Below are positions 1-12,720 of a stretch of 64,000 bases of DNA, piece after piece. The stretch is from Mobula hypostoma. Lineage: Eukaryota. The notes beneath the pieces were generated by a model. It was not told the origin of the DNA. It ran no database searches and saw only the letters and a program-made list of their open reading frames with translations. The position numbers and the translations under genes are program-made. Positions within the stretch are counted from its first letter, which is position 1. Every line of letters begins with the position of its first letter. The stretch covers positions 6,760,001-6,824,000 of the forward strand of contig NC_086101.1 in NCBI RefSeq assembly GCF_963921235.1, in the 5' to 3' direction.

Positions 1-232
1 AATAGATTAGCGCCATGTGTGACGGGGTGGTGGAGATTGGTGAGTCATATCTCTTCTGAAAGAGAGGACAGGTGAACAAGGAAGCAAAGCTGAGAGCAAA
101 AGCAGTGAACAGAAACTCTGGCAGGGGAAATTACAAACAATGGGAATGTCTCCGCAGCTGGGCGATAGAGACTGGACTCCAATTCTACTCATTGCATTTT
201 AGGAAGACAGGATTTCCCAGTGTGGGTCAAGG

Positions 233-700
233 ATTAGAATCATAATCAGGTTTATTGTCATTGACGTATATTGTGAAATTTATTGTTCTGTGGCAGCAGG
301 AGAGTGCAGTAAATAATTTTACTGTACGTTAGAATAAGAAAATAAATACGTGGTGCAGAATAGTGAGACTGTTGATGGTCCATTCAGAAATCTGATGGCA
401 CAAAGAACAAAGTGTTCCGAGAACATCAAGTGTGTCTTCAGTCTCCTGTACCTTTCCCTGACGGCATCAGTGGACTTGTCCTGGATGGCGAGGATTTTAA
501 TGATGGACTCCACACTCCTGAGGCAGCCTCATTTGACGATATCCATAATGGCGGGGAGGCTAGTGCCCATGTTGGAACTGGCTGAGTTTTCAAACCTTCG
601 TAATGGTTTCCGATCCTGTGCAATGGTACCTCCGCACAGTCAGTATCGACCCAGACTCAATGCTCCCTGCAGTACATCTGTGGAAGTTTACTTGAGTGAG
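233..700 (-). mobile_element. Degenerate Rex1/Babar-type LINE 3' fragment
   Basis: Tail tagaatcataatcaggtttattg and residual LPSGK(G/R) C-terminal motif, resembling other copies in the window. Confidence 0.6.
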
Positions 701-820
701 GGATTCTGATTGTGCAAAAAGATTGGGGAGGATGTAAGAGGGGTGTCCTCGAAGTGAAGTAAGATCAAGTGAAGTTATGCAGAATTTATTGTGGTGTGTA
801 CAAGGCACCGAGACAGTCTG

Positions 821-1045
821 GAGACACGACAGGCTGCAGATGCTGAAGTCCAGAGCAACACACGGAATGCTGGAGGAAAGGCAGCCGGCCAGGCAGTGGA
901 GGGAAACAGACAGTCCAGTTCTGCTCAGAGGAAGGGTCTCGAGGGGAAATGATGACTGTCCATCTCCCTCCATAGATGCTGCCTGACCCCTAAACCCGGT
1001 GAGGAATCAGACACCCCACCATCTCCAGCAGCTCATGTGTTGCAA
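821..1045. mobile_element. Fold-back element derived from Penelope terminal repeats
   Basis: Inverted arms gcaacacac/atgtgttgc and gacagtc/gactgtc enclose a decayed aagggtctcg...gaaatg motif. Confidence 0.55.
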
Positions 1046-3182
1046 TAAAATCAGACAATGGCAGGAAACTGAAATTCTACATCAAGTATACAAAGCAGTG
1101 AAGAAAGTGCACTAGAAAGAATGAGGGGGAGTGAACAAATGAGTTTCACATCATGAGCGGTTTAACAGAGGATAGTTTCCATGAGAAGACCAGCCAGTAT
1201 ACAGTTTAATGGGGGGATGGGGAATGATGGAAGTGAAAGAAATTGATTCTGTGCTAAATTGTTGGCCAGACAGAAGTTGATTCAACAGGAACTCAGACAA
1301 GGGGATCTGTTCAGGTAACCCGAGGGGTTGTGCAGGTGAGTATTCGGTAACTTCCTGACTGGGTGGGAGAGAAGGTTGGCTCTCACCGCACTCCCAGACA
1401 GTATTCTTGTCTCAGTTAGAAATGCTCATTAAGGGATCTTCTTCTGAAGCCCATCACCCCTACTGGGGCAGAGGCCACCAACAGCAGTTTGCCAGAGTCT
1501 TCTGCCCTGGGACAGTCTTTGAAGCTGTTCCCAGGTGTAGTCCAACTTTGAAGATCGTTTCTCTCCCAGAATTAAGGTATTTGGAGCTTCTGCAGGTGTT
1601 TCTGTTGCACTGGGATTTTACAAGCTGGGGTTGCTAGCCCAATTTCCAACCCACCACCTTTTGCAGCTGGGTTGGGGACCGACCATAGTGGGGTAAAGTG
1701 AGATCTTGCTGTTTAAAAAATGGATCAGGGGCTGGCTGCAATTTGAGAGCACTTGGTCGACTGTTCTCGTGTTCCCATAGAAGCTACCCGACAAATGATG
1801 GCCAAATTGGTTAGTCCTGGGCTCAGAGGTCCACGACTGTGCAACAGTGCCCCAACGTCAATGTCCTGTGATCAGTGAGCCCTGAGTTGTATACCCAGAA
1901 GTCGGCGAAATCTGGAGTTGAAACCAGAGCTCAAAGTCCAAGGATTGGCAAATCTGGTTGTGGAGGTCCAAAGGTCGAAGGCCGAAACTGTGGGGTCTGG
2001 AGATTGAAGCTCGATATCTGCGATTCTGTGAGTCCGTACAAAGGACTGTAGTCCGAAGTGTGGAGGCAGCTTTAAGTTCTAGTCTTCCAGGGCATCGGCA
2101 AAAGGGCAAACTCATGGCGGCTCAGCTTGATGGACATGGTTAATTATTCCTGTTTCAGCCGCTATATCGGACAATCACAACTGCATCCAAGGTCTGTACA
2201 GTTAATAAAGGATTTTTAATACGACTGTACAATTTATCGCTGTGTAAAACAGACGAAAATAACGCTGGCTGCGGCCACAATATCCTCGCTGGGCGGACTC
2301 CTCATTGGAAGCACGGCTGTTGCTCGGGGCTACAAGTCCATTAAAATAAACGAGGCTTTCGAATGCTTTCGAATTCCAGTAGCAACTATATTGTTGACAA
2401 ACGTACAGTTTCCGGTAAATAAAATTGACAATCTCAGAGCTAGGGTGCTGTATCAAAGGGACATTAGGACCATGTGCGTCCTCTGCTTCAGAGAGTCCTG
2501 GTTAGCACAGTCCGGTCCGTACTGGACTCAGCAATTCGGATTAACGGGTTCACAGTACATAGTCAAGATAGGGCTGTCAAGTCTCGCTAAACAGAGATGG
2601 AGGTGTATGCTTTATGATCAGCTCCTCATGGTGTACTATTGTGTGGGTAACGTCCCAATCCTGCTCAGCAGAGCTGGAATATCTGGCAATCAAGTGCCGG
2701 CCAGTTTACCTGTCGCAGCAGATCTCAGCGGTCATATTGGTCACGTTGTACATTCCACCTCAGGACAATGTCAAACAGGCTCCAGATGTTCTGAACGATG
2801 TGATCAACATGCACGAAACAGCAGAACCTCAAGCTTTCCCCAATATCTTGGGGGAGTTTGAGCAGACCGGCTTGTAAAAGTCACTAAATAATTATCATCA
2901 ACAAATTACTTGTAGTACCAGAGGGAACAACACTCTGGACCACTGCTACACGAAGATCAAGAGAGCTTACCGTGCTATTCCACACCCAACTTCGGAAAGT
3001 CTGATCACCTGGCTGTACCTCTACTCCCTGAGTGCAGGCTGAAACTGAAGACTACAGCACGAGTAGTGAGGACCAAGAATCAGACAAGGGAAGCACGGGA
3101 GAGCTTACACGACTGCTTTGAATCGGTGGACTGGACTGCATTCAGGGATTCATCTTCGAATCTGGATGAGTATGCCGCAGTT

Positions 3183-4970
3183 AGAAACATAGAAACATAG
3201 AAAATAGGTGCAGGAGTAGGCCATTCCGCCCTTCGAGCCTGCACCACCATTCAGTATGATCATGGCTGATCATCCAACTCAGAACCCTGTACCTGCCTTC
3301 TCTCCATACCCCCTGATCCCTTTAGCCACAAGGACCATACCTAACTCCCTCTTAAATATAGCCAATGAACTGGCCTCAACTGTTTCCTGTGGCAGTGAAT
3401 TCCACAGATTCACCACTCTCTGTGTGAAGAGGTTTTTCCTAATCTCCGTCCTAAAAGGCTTCAATTTTATCCTCAAACTGTGACCACGCGTTCTGGACTT
3501 CCCCAACATCAGGAACAATCTTCCTGCATCTAGCCTGTCCAATCCCTTTACGATTTTATACGTTTCAATAAGATCCTCCCTCAATCTTCTAAATTCCAAT
3601 GGGTATAAGCCTAGTTCATCCAGTCTTTCATCATATTAAAGCCCCGCCATCCCAGGAATCAATCTGGTGAACCTTCTTTGTACTCCCTCTATGGCAAGAA
3701 TGTCTTTCCTCAGATTAGGGGACCAAAACTGCACACAATACTCCAGGTGTGGTCTCACCAAGACCTTGTACAACTGCAGTAGTACCTCCCTGCTCCTGTA
3801 CTTGAATCCTCTTGCTATAAATGCCAGCAAACCATTCACCTTTTTTCACCGCCTGCCGTACCTGCATGCCCACTTTCAAAGACTGGTGTATAATGACACC
3901 CAGGTCTCGTTGCACCTCCCCTTTTCCTAATCGGTAACCATTCAGATAATAATCTGTTTTCCTGTTTTTGCCACCAAAGTGGATAACCTCACATTTATCC
4001 ACGTTAAATTGCATTCGCCATGAATTTTCCTACTCACCTAACCTATCCAACTCACCCTGCATCCTCTTAGCATCCTCCTTACAGCTAACATTGTCGCCCA
4101 GCTTCGTGTCATCCGCAAACTTGGAGATGCTGCATTTAATTCCCTCATCTAAGTCATTAATATATATTGTAAACAACTGGGGTCCCAGCTCTGAGCCTTG
4201 CGGTACCCCACTAGTCACTGCCTGCCATTCTGAAAAGGTCCCGTTTATTCCCACTCTTTGCTTCCTGTCTGCCAACCAATCCTCTATCCACATCATTACC
4301 ATACCACCAATACCACGTGCTTTAAGTTTGCACACCGATTTCCTGTGTGGGACCTTGTCAAAAGCCCTTTGAAAATCCAAATATACCACATCCACTGGTT
4401 CTTCCCTATCCACTCTACTAGTTACATTCTCAAAAAATTCTATGAGATTCGTCAGACATGATTTTCCTTTCATAAATCTATGCTGACTTTATCCGATGAT
4501 TTCACCGCTTTCCAAATGTGCTGTTATCACATCTTTGATAACTGACTCTAGCATTTTCCCCACCACCGATGTTAGGTTAACCGGTCTATAATTCTTCTGT
4601 TTCTCTCTCCCTCCTTTTTTTTTAAAAAAAAAGCGGGGTTACATTAGCCACCCTCCAATCCTCAGGAACTAGTCCAGAATCTAAAGAATTTTGAAAAGTT
4701 CATCACTAATGCATCCACTATTTCTTGGATACTTCCTAAAGCACTCTGGGATGCAGACCATCTGGCTCTGGGTGTTTAACTGTCTTTAATCCCTTCAATT
4801 CACCTAACACCACTTCCCTACTAATATGTATTTCCCTCAGTTCCTCCATCTCAATAGACCCTCTGTCCCCTACTATTTCCAGAAGATTATTTATGTCCAC
4901 CTTGTGAAGACAGAACCAAAGAAGTTATTCAACTGGTCTGCCATGTCCTTGTTCCTCATAATCAATTTAA
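3183..4970 (-). mobile_element. CR1 LINE, 5'-truncated (RT and 3' tail), nested in the Rex1-type element
   Basis: KGKSCLTNLIEFF..VYLDFQRAFDKVPH..SGVPQGSELGP..KFADDTK; LVRPHLEYCVQFWSP; (agaaacat)n tail at about 3183-3200. Confidence 0.92.
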
Positions 4971-5602
4971 TGCCGACATCATTAAAACCTGTGTGGATGA
5001 GTGTGCCTATTAAAATTTGCTGTACATTTCCAAACCAAAAGCAATGGATGAACCAGGAGGCATGTCGTCTGCTGAGGGCTACATCTGTAGTATCTGAGTC
5101 TTGCAACCCAGATCTGTACAAGAAATCCAGGTATGACTTGTGGAGATCTATTTCCCAAGCGAAGAAACAATTCCGAGCAAGGTTGTAGGCAATATCGGAT
5201 GCACGTCAACTCTGGCAGGGTTTGCAGGACATTACTTCCTACGAAGCGAAACCCAATAGTATGAATGGCACTGATGCTTCACTACCAGATGAGCTCAACG
5301 CCTTCTATGCCCGCTTTGAAAGGGAGAATCTAACCACAGTTGTGAAGATCCATGCTGCACCTGGTGACTCTGTGATCTCTGTCTTGGAGGCCGATGTCAG
5401 GCTGGCTCTCAGGAGCGAGAGCCCTCGCAAGGCAGCGGGTCCCTTTGGACTACCTGGTCATGCTCTGAAAACTTGTGCCAACCAACTGGCAGGTACATTT
5501 TCAACCTCTCATTGCTGTGGTGCAAAGTTTCCACCTACTTCAAAAAGGCAACAATTATACCAGTGCCCAAGAAGAGTAGTGTGAGCTGCCTTAATGACGA
5601 CC

Positions 5603-5860
5603 ATCTCAAAAGTCAGTCTGTCTCAAGCCTTGTGCTTATGCCGGTTTCTGTGGCTTGAAGCGATTGAGAGTACGGAGAGAGACTCCTCCTCTCCGCCCCA
5701 CCGGATCGGACGCCAGTCTATCGTGAGGTTAACCCCCAGCATTTGCTGGTACCCATTTTTCAGCTGGGTGGACTGGAGTAGTGTGTGGTTGAGTGCCTTG
5801 CTCAAAGACACAACACGCTGCCTTGGCCGAGACTCGAACCCACGACCTTCAGATCTTGAG
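5603..5860 (-). mobile_element. tRNA-derived SINE with CORE-like segment, inserted in the Rex1-type RT
   Basis: B box GGTTCGAGTC followed by GTTGTGTCTTTGAGCAAGGCACTCAACC and CACCCAGCTGAAAAATGGGTACC. The host RT motif (CLND.../[10 protein letters not shown]) is split around it. Confidence 0.75.
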
Positions 5861-7119
5861 CACTCACATCTACAGTGATGAAATGCTTTGAGAGGTTGGT
5901 CATGGCTAGATTCAACTCCTGCCTCAGCAAGGACCTGGACCCACTGCAATTTGCCTATCGCCAGAATAGGTCTATAGCAGACACAATCTCAATGGCTCTT
6001 CATATGGCCTTGGATCACCTGGGCAATACAAATACCCACGTCAGGATGCTGTTCATTGACTGTAGCTCAGCGTTTAACACCATCATTCCTACAGCCCTGA
6101 TGAATAAGCTACGGAACCTGAGTCTCTGTATCTCCCTCTGCATTTGGATCATTGACTTCCAAACTGGAAGACCACAATATGTGCAGATTGGTAATAATAT
6201 CTCCACCTAGCTGACGATCAATGCTGGCACACCACAGGGATGTGTGCTCATCCCACAGCTCTACTTTCTCTGTGTGGCTGGGTGTAGCTCAAATGCCATT
6301 TATAAATTTGCTGATAATAGAACCATTGCTGGCAGAATCTCAGGTGGTGACCAGAGGGCGTACAGGAGCGAGATATTCCAGCTGGTTGAGTGGAGTCACA
6401 GCAACAACCTTGCACTCACCGTCAGTAAGACCAAAGAACCGATTGTGGATTCAGACCGGGTAGGACGAGGGTACATGAACCGGTCCTCAAAGAGGGATCA
6501 GAACTGGAGAGAGTGAGCAATTTCAGGTTCCTGGGTGTCAAGATCTCTGAAGGTCAAATCTGGTCTAACCGGAACAGCAGCTATCTTTCATTAGGAGTTT
6601 GAGGAGATTTGGTTTGTCACCTAAAACAGTTGAGAACTTCTATAGACGTACCATGGAGAGCATTCTGACAGGCGGCATCACTGCCTGGTTTGGGGAAGGT
6701 GCGGGGGGTGCGACTGCACAGGTTCAAAAGAAGCTACATCAAGTTGTAAGATTAGTCAGCTCCATCTTGGGTACTAGCCTCCATGGTATTGAAAACACCT
6801 TCAAGGAGCGGTGCCTCAGAAAGGACCCCCAACACTCAGGACATGCCCTCTTCTCCTTGTTACCATCAGGAAGGAGGTACAGAATCCTGAAGGCGCACAC
6901 TCAGAGATTCAGGAACAATTCCTTCCCCTCTGCCATCCGGTTCCTAAATGGATATTGAACATCACCTCAGTTTTTACTATATTATTTCTGCGTTTGCAAT
7001 ATTTTAATTTCACTGTTCAATACAGATATATACTCTCTGTGACAGATCTACTTTTTTTCTATATTGTCATGTATTGCATCGTACCGCTGCCGATAAGATA
7101 CAAATGTTATGACGCATGC

Positions 7120-8192
7120 CGGTGACCTGGACCTCTGTACCTCCCTCTGCATTTGGATCCTCGACTTCCCAGCTGGAAGATCACAGTCTGTGCGGATCGG
7201 TGACAATATCTCCTCCTCACTGAGGATCAACACTGATGCAACTCCGGGATGTGTGCTTAGCCCACTGCTCTACTGTTCTATACCAATGACAGTGTGACTA
7301 GGCATAGCTCAAACAGCATTTATAAATTTGCTGATGATACAACCATTGTTTGTCGAATCTCAGATGGAGTCGAGAAGGCGCACAGGAACAAGATATACCA
7401 TCTAGTGGAGTGGTGTCGCAACAACCTTGCACTCAACGTCACTCAGTCAGATGAAAGAGCTAATTGTGGACTTTAGAAGAGTAAGACGAAGGAACACATA
7501 CCAATCCTCATGGAGGGATCAGAATTGGAGAGAGGGAGCAATTTCAAGTTCCTGGGTGTCAAGATCTCTGAGGACCTAAGCTGGTGTCAACATATCGATG
7601 CAACTATAAGGAAGGCAAGACAGCGGCTATACTTCATTAGGGGTTTGAAGAGATTTCGTATGTCAACAAATACACTCAAGTACTTCTATAGATGTAACAT
7701 GGAGAGCATTCTGACAGGCTGCATCACTCTCTGGTATGGGGTGGGGGGTTACTGCACAGGACCAAAAGAAGCTGCAGAGGGTCGTAAATATAGTCGGCTT
7801 CATCTTGGGTACTAGCCTACAGAGTACCTCGATCTTCAAGCAGCGGTGTCTCAGAAAGGCAGCGTCCATTATCGAGGACGGCCAGCACCCAGGGCATGCC
7901 CTTTTCTCACTGTTACCATCAGGAGGAGGCACAGACTCAGCGATTCAGAAACAGCTTCTTCCCCTCTGCCATCCGATTCCTAAATGCACATTGACCCCGT
8001 GAACACTACCTCACTTTTTTAATATAATTGTTTTTGCACGTTTTTTCATCTATTCAATATACATATACCGCAATTGATTTACTTATTCATTTACTTATTA
8101 GTTTTTGTTCTTCTATATTATGTATTGCATTGAACTGCTGCTGCTAAGTTAACACATGCCGGTGATAATAAACCTGATTTGATTCTGATTCC
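7120..8192 (+). mobile_element. Rex1/Babar-type LINE 3' half
   Basis: KFADDTTIV; FKFLGVKISEDLSW; KARQRLYF; HPGHALFSLLPSG; gattctgatt tail. Confidence 0.85.
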
Positions 8193-8340
8193 TTCCTCGG
8201 TTTAGCGATCTGTCTGTGTACGAGTGGGCCACAAGTACCTCACTTCGACTTTCTTTTGGGCCGTAGGCGGGCAGTAAATGTTGGCCCTGCTACCGATGCC
8301 CACATTCCTGCCGAGTTACAGCATTGTGTTTCTGCTCTTC

Positions 8341-8371
8341 CTGCAGTACCGGTTTCCAGCAGCAGGTGGCG
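8341..8371 (+). promoter_or_regulatory. Candidate CTCF site with upstream module
   Basis: CTGCAGTACC, 5 nt, then CCAGCAGCAGGTGGCG, in a short non-repeat island between LINEs. Confidence 0.4.
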
Positions 8372-8456
8372 ATCCTGCACCGTGAAACTTTAAACAAGAG
8401 AAAATCTGCAGATGCTGGAAATAGTTAATCTCTCCCTCTCCCAGTGTAGAGTACTG

Positions 8457-9720
8457 TAGATTAGATTCAACTTTATTGTCATTGTGCCGAGTACAGATAC
8501 AAAGCCAATGAAATGCATTTAGCATCTGACTAGAAATGTAAAGAATAGTGTCATTTACAAAATAACTGCGAATAAAAAAGTGCTACAGCACACAGATATA
8601 AAAGTACCGAGATCGTACAATACGGATGCAATACTGCTTAGCGCCATGATGAGAGGTTCAGCAGTGTCACAGCCTCAGGGAAGAAGCACTTCCTGTGCCT
8701 GCTGGTGCAGGAGAGGAGGCTCCTGTAGCGCCTACCGGATGGGAGGAGAGTAAAAAGTCCATGGTCAGGGTGAGATGCATCCTTGATAATGCTTTTCCAA
8801 CTGCCCAGGCAGAGTTTATGGTAGATGTTCGCAATGGTGGGCAATTGGGTGCCGATAATCCGCTAGGCAGTTTTGACCATACGCCGGAGTGCTTTGCGGT
8901 CCGATACGGGACTATTGCCGTACCAACTGAGATACATTTGGTGAGCATGCTCTCAATGGTACAGCGGTAAAAGTCCATCAGTATCCTGGGACAGAGGTGA
9001 GCTTTCTTCATGCTCCGCAGGAAATAAAGGCTCTGTTGTCCCTTTTTGATCAGGATGCAGGAGTTCAGGGACTAGGTGAGATCAGAAATGTGGACACCAA
9101 GGAATTTGAAGCTTGATACACCCTCCACTACAGTTCCGTTGATGTAGATGGGGACGTGAGTATGACCCCTGGCATGTCTGAAGTCCACAATGATCTCCTT
9201 GGTCTCCTGGGTGTTAAGGGCCAGACTGATGTTGGTATACTATGCAGCCAGGTGCTGGACCTCATCCCTGTAGGCCAACTCGTCATCCTCTCTGATCAGA
9301 CCAACCACCGTGGTGTCGTCTGCGAACTTGATTAATGAGTTAGAACCATGTACAGGAACGCAGTCATAGAGGAAATGGGTGTATAGAAGAGGGCTCAGCA
9401 CACAGCCTTGAGGTACTCCGGTGTTCAGGCTGAGAGTGGAGGAGGAGAGGTTGTCTAACTTAACTTATTGGAGTCTGTTAGTCAGAAAGTCCAAGGTCCA
9501 ATTGCAGAGGGATGAGCTGATACCAAGCTGGCGAAGTTTGGCGATCAGCTTGGAGGGGATCAGAGTATTGAATGCCGAACTAAAGTCAATGAAGAGCATT
9601 CTGACGTAAGAGTTGGGGCTGTCCAGGTGGGTCAGGGCAGAGTGAAGTGCCATGGAGGTGGCGTCCTCTGTTGACCTGTTGGTGCGATAGGCAAATTGAT
9701 GGGCTCCAGGGTAGAGGGCA
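8457..9720 (-). mobile_element. Rex1/Babar-type LINE 3' half
   Basis: [55 protein letters not shown]; tagattagattc tail. Confidence 0.87.
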
Positions 9721-9724
9721 GACA

Positions 9725-11050
9725 GGATTTCAGAGTGATAGAACTGTACTGCACCTTCCTGCTTCAAATTATCCTCCATTGTCCCTGTACCAAACAAGAC
9801 CAAGGTAACATGCCAGAACAACTGACATCCTGTTGCACTCACCTCAATAATAAGCAATTGCTTTGAGAGTTTGGTCAAGGACTACATCAGCAGCATCCAC
9901 ACTGGACTCCCTACAATTTGCCTACTGACACAACCGCTCAACAGGCGATGCAATAAATAACCACTGCTCTACATACCGTCCTTACAGTTCTGGAGAAGAG
10001 GGATGCTTATGTGAGAATACTATTCTTGGACTACAGTATTCAACACCATAATTCCCTCCAGGCGCGACAGGAAGCTCAGAGACCTCGGCCTTGACCCTGC
10101 CTTGTGCAGCTGGATCCTGGACTTCCTGTCAGATCACCAGCAGGTGTTAAGAGTGGGCTCCCTCACCTCCACCGCTCTGACTCTCAATACACGAGCTCCT
10201 CAGGGCTGTGTCACCACCCACAGCTCTAATCTGCTAATTAAATTTGCTGACGACACTACATTGATTGGCCTAATCTCAAACAATAATGAGGTGGCCTACA
10301 GGGAAGAAGTCATCTGTCTGACATAGTGGAGTCAAGAAAACAACCTCTTACTCAATGTCGCAAAAACAAAGGAGCTGGTTGTAGATTACTGGAGGAATGG
10401 AGAGGGGCTAACCCCTATTGACATCAATGGATCTGGGGTTGAGAGGGTGAACAGCTTCAGGTTCTTCGGCATCCACATCACTGAGGACATCACGTGGTCT
10501 GTACACACCAGCTGTGTGGTGAAAAAGGCACGACAGCACCTCTTTCACCTCAGACGGTTGAGGAAGTTCGGTATGGGTCCCCAGATCCTAAGAACTTTCT
10601 ACAGGGGCACAATTGAGAGCATCCTGACTGGTATGGGAACTGTACCTCGCTTAATCGTAGGATTCTGCATAGAGTGGTGTCCACAGCCCAGCATATCCGT
10701 ACTTGTGAACTTCCCATGATTCAGGACATTTACAAAGACAGGTGTGTAAAAAGGGCCCGTAGGATCATTGGGGACCCAAGACACCCCAACCACAATCTAT
10801 TCCAGCTGCTACCATCCGGGAAATGGTACCGCAGCATAAAAGCCAGGACCAACAGGCTCCGGGACGGCTTCTTCCACCAGGCCATCAGACTGATTAACTC
10901 ACACTGATCTGAGTGTATTTCTATGTTACACTGACTGTTCTATTTATTATAAAATACTATGATTGCACATTTATATGGAGAGGTAATATAAAGATTTTTA
11001 CTCCTCATGTATGTGAAGGATGTAAGAAATAAAGTCAATTCAATTCAATC
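9725..11050 (+). mobile_element. Rex1/Babar-type LINE 3' half, different subfamily
   Basis: CSWILDFL..PQGCV..KFADDTTLIGLI; KKARQHLFHLRRLRKF; HPNHNLFQLLPSGK; (caatt)n tail. Confidence 0.87.
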
Positions 11051-11051
11051 C

Positions 11052-12070
11052 AAGCAACACACAAAATGCTGGAGGAAGTCAGCAGGGAAGGCAGCATCCA
11101 TGAAAAAATGTACAGTCGACGTTTCAGGTCAAAGCTCTTCAGCAGGTCTGGAGAAAAAAAGATGAGAAATCACAGTTAAAAGTGGGGGGGGGGGCGGAGA
11201 AACACGAGGTGATCGGTGAAACCGGAAGCTGGGAAGGTGATTGGGTGAAAGAGATACGGGACTGGAGAAGGGTGAGTCCTACAGGAGAGAACAGAAGGTC
11301 ATGGAAGAAAAGTGGGAGGAGCACCAGAGGGAGTCGATGGGCAGGCAAGGAGATAAAGTGAGAGAAGGAAAAGTGCAAGGGGAATGGTGAAGGAGGGGCG
11401 GCCATTACTGGAAGTTCGATTAGTCGACGTTCATGCCATCAGGTAGGAGGCTACCCAGTCGGAATATAAGATATTGCTCCTCCAACTGAGTGTGGCCTCA
11501 TCGCGACAGTAGAGGAGGCCCTCGATGGACATATGGGAGTAGGCAGTGGAATTTAAATGGGTGGCTACTGGGAGAATCAGCTTTCTCTGGTGTTTGATGA
11601 AGCTGACTCCCAATCTACGTCGGATCTCACTGATATACAGAAGGCCACACCAGGAGCACCGAACACAGTATATGACCGCACCTGACACACAGGTGAAGTG
11701 TCACCTCACCTGGAAGTGCCAGGAGGGAGTTCAGTAGGATGGAACGAATGGATAAGGAAGTCATGTAGGGAGTGATCCCTGCTGAAAGCAGAAAGTGGGG
11801 GAGAGGGAAAGATGTGCTTGGTGGTGGGATCCTCTTGGACATGGTGGAAATTACAGAAATTATTAAGAGTGAGGACAGATTCTGCTAGATGAAGGAGAGT
11901 GATTGTGGACGGGAACTGGTTGGGACGGGTGTCCAGAAAGAAACAGAGAGTTGGAGGCCTTCCTGCTGGTGGATGGAGGTGTACAGGGACTGGACATCCA
12001 TATTGAAAATAAGATGATCGGGGCCAGGGAACTTGAAATCATTGAAAACATCCGGAGCGAGTGAAGTCAC
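11052..12070 (-). mobile_element. Penelope-like element, decayed (RT fragment, GIY-YIG, terminal repeat)
   Basis: MDVQSLYTSI (PLE RT motif); VIYCVRCSWCGLLYISEIRRRLG (GIY-YIG); terminal repeat with hammerhead motif. Confidence 0.82.
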
Positions 12071-12239
12071 TGATGGTTCACTCCATCCCGAGACAGTGAC
12101 CCCTGACCCTCAACCCCTCAGACAGGAGAAACGTCCTCCCTGTATCCTGTCTGTTGAGCCCCGAAAGAGTTTTGTGTTTCCCTGAGATCTCCTCTCATTC
12201 TTCTAAACGGGGAACAGAGAACAGTACAGCCCACGAACA

Positions 12240-12720
12240 GGCACAGAAACTGAAATTGGTCATGTGGTGGACAGTGAAGTTTGTCCAAAATTACAACAGG
12301 ACCTCAATCAACTGGGAATCTGGGCAAAGGAATAGCAGAAAGAATTTAACACAGAAATATGCAAAGTGACTCATTTCACGAAGTTAAAACCAGGACAGAA
12401 TGTACACAGTGAATGTCAGGGCCCTGGGGAGTGCTGTAGAATAGAAATACCCATGGGAACAAGTACATAGTTCCTGAGAGTAGAGACACAGGTAGACAGT
12501 GTAGTGAAGAAGGTGTATGGTATGCTGGACTTCATCGATCGGGGCATTAAGTACATGAGATGGTTTGTCATGTTACAGCTGTACAAGACATTGGTGAGAC
12601 CACACTCAGAGTACTGGGTACAGTTCTGGTCACCGAGCTGTAGAAAGGATGACATTCAGCTGGAATCTGTGCAGACAAGAGTCACAGGAATGTTACCGGG
12701 GCTCAAGGGCTTCAGGAGAA
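12240..12720 (+). mobile_element. CR1 LINE RT C-terminal fragment
   Basis: MLQLYKTLVRPHSEYWVQFWSP. Confidence 0.75.

Larger units (their letters stand above)
2110..7120 (+). mobile_element. Rex1/Babar-type LINE (AP endonuclease and RT), decayed, interrupted by a CR1 and a SINE
   Basis: LTNVQ..NKIDNLRARVLYQRDIR..VLCFRESWL (endonuclease); [51 protein letters not shown]; multiple frameshifts. Confidence 0.85.

Noticed and set aside
9465..9878. 137-aa RT-like ORF as a gene
   Set aside because: It spans the junction of two opposite-strand LINE fragments; the N-terminal part is antisense.
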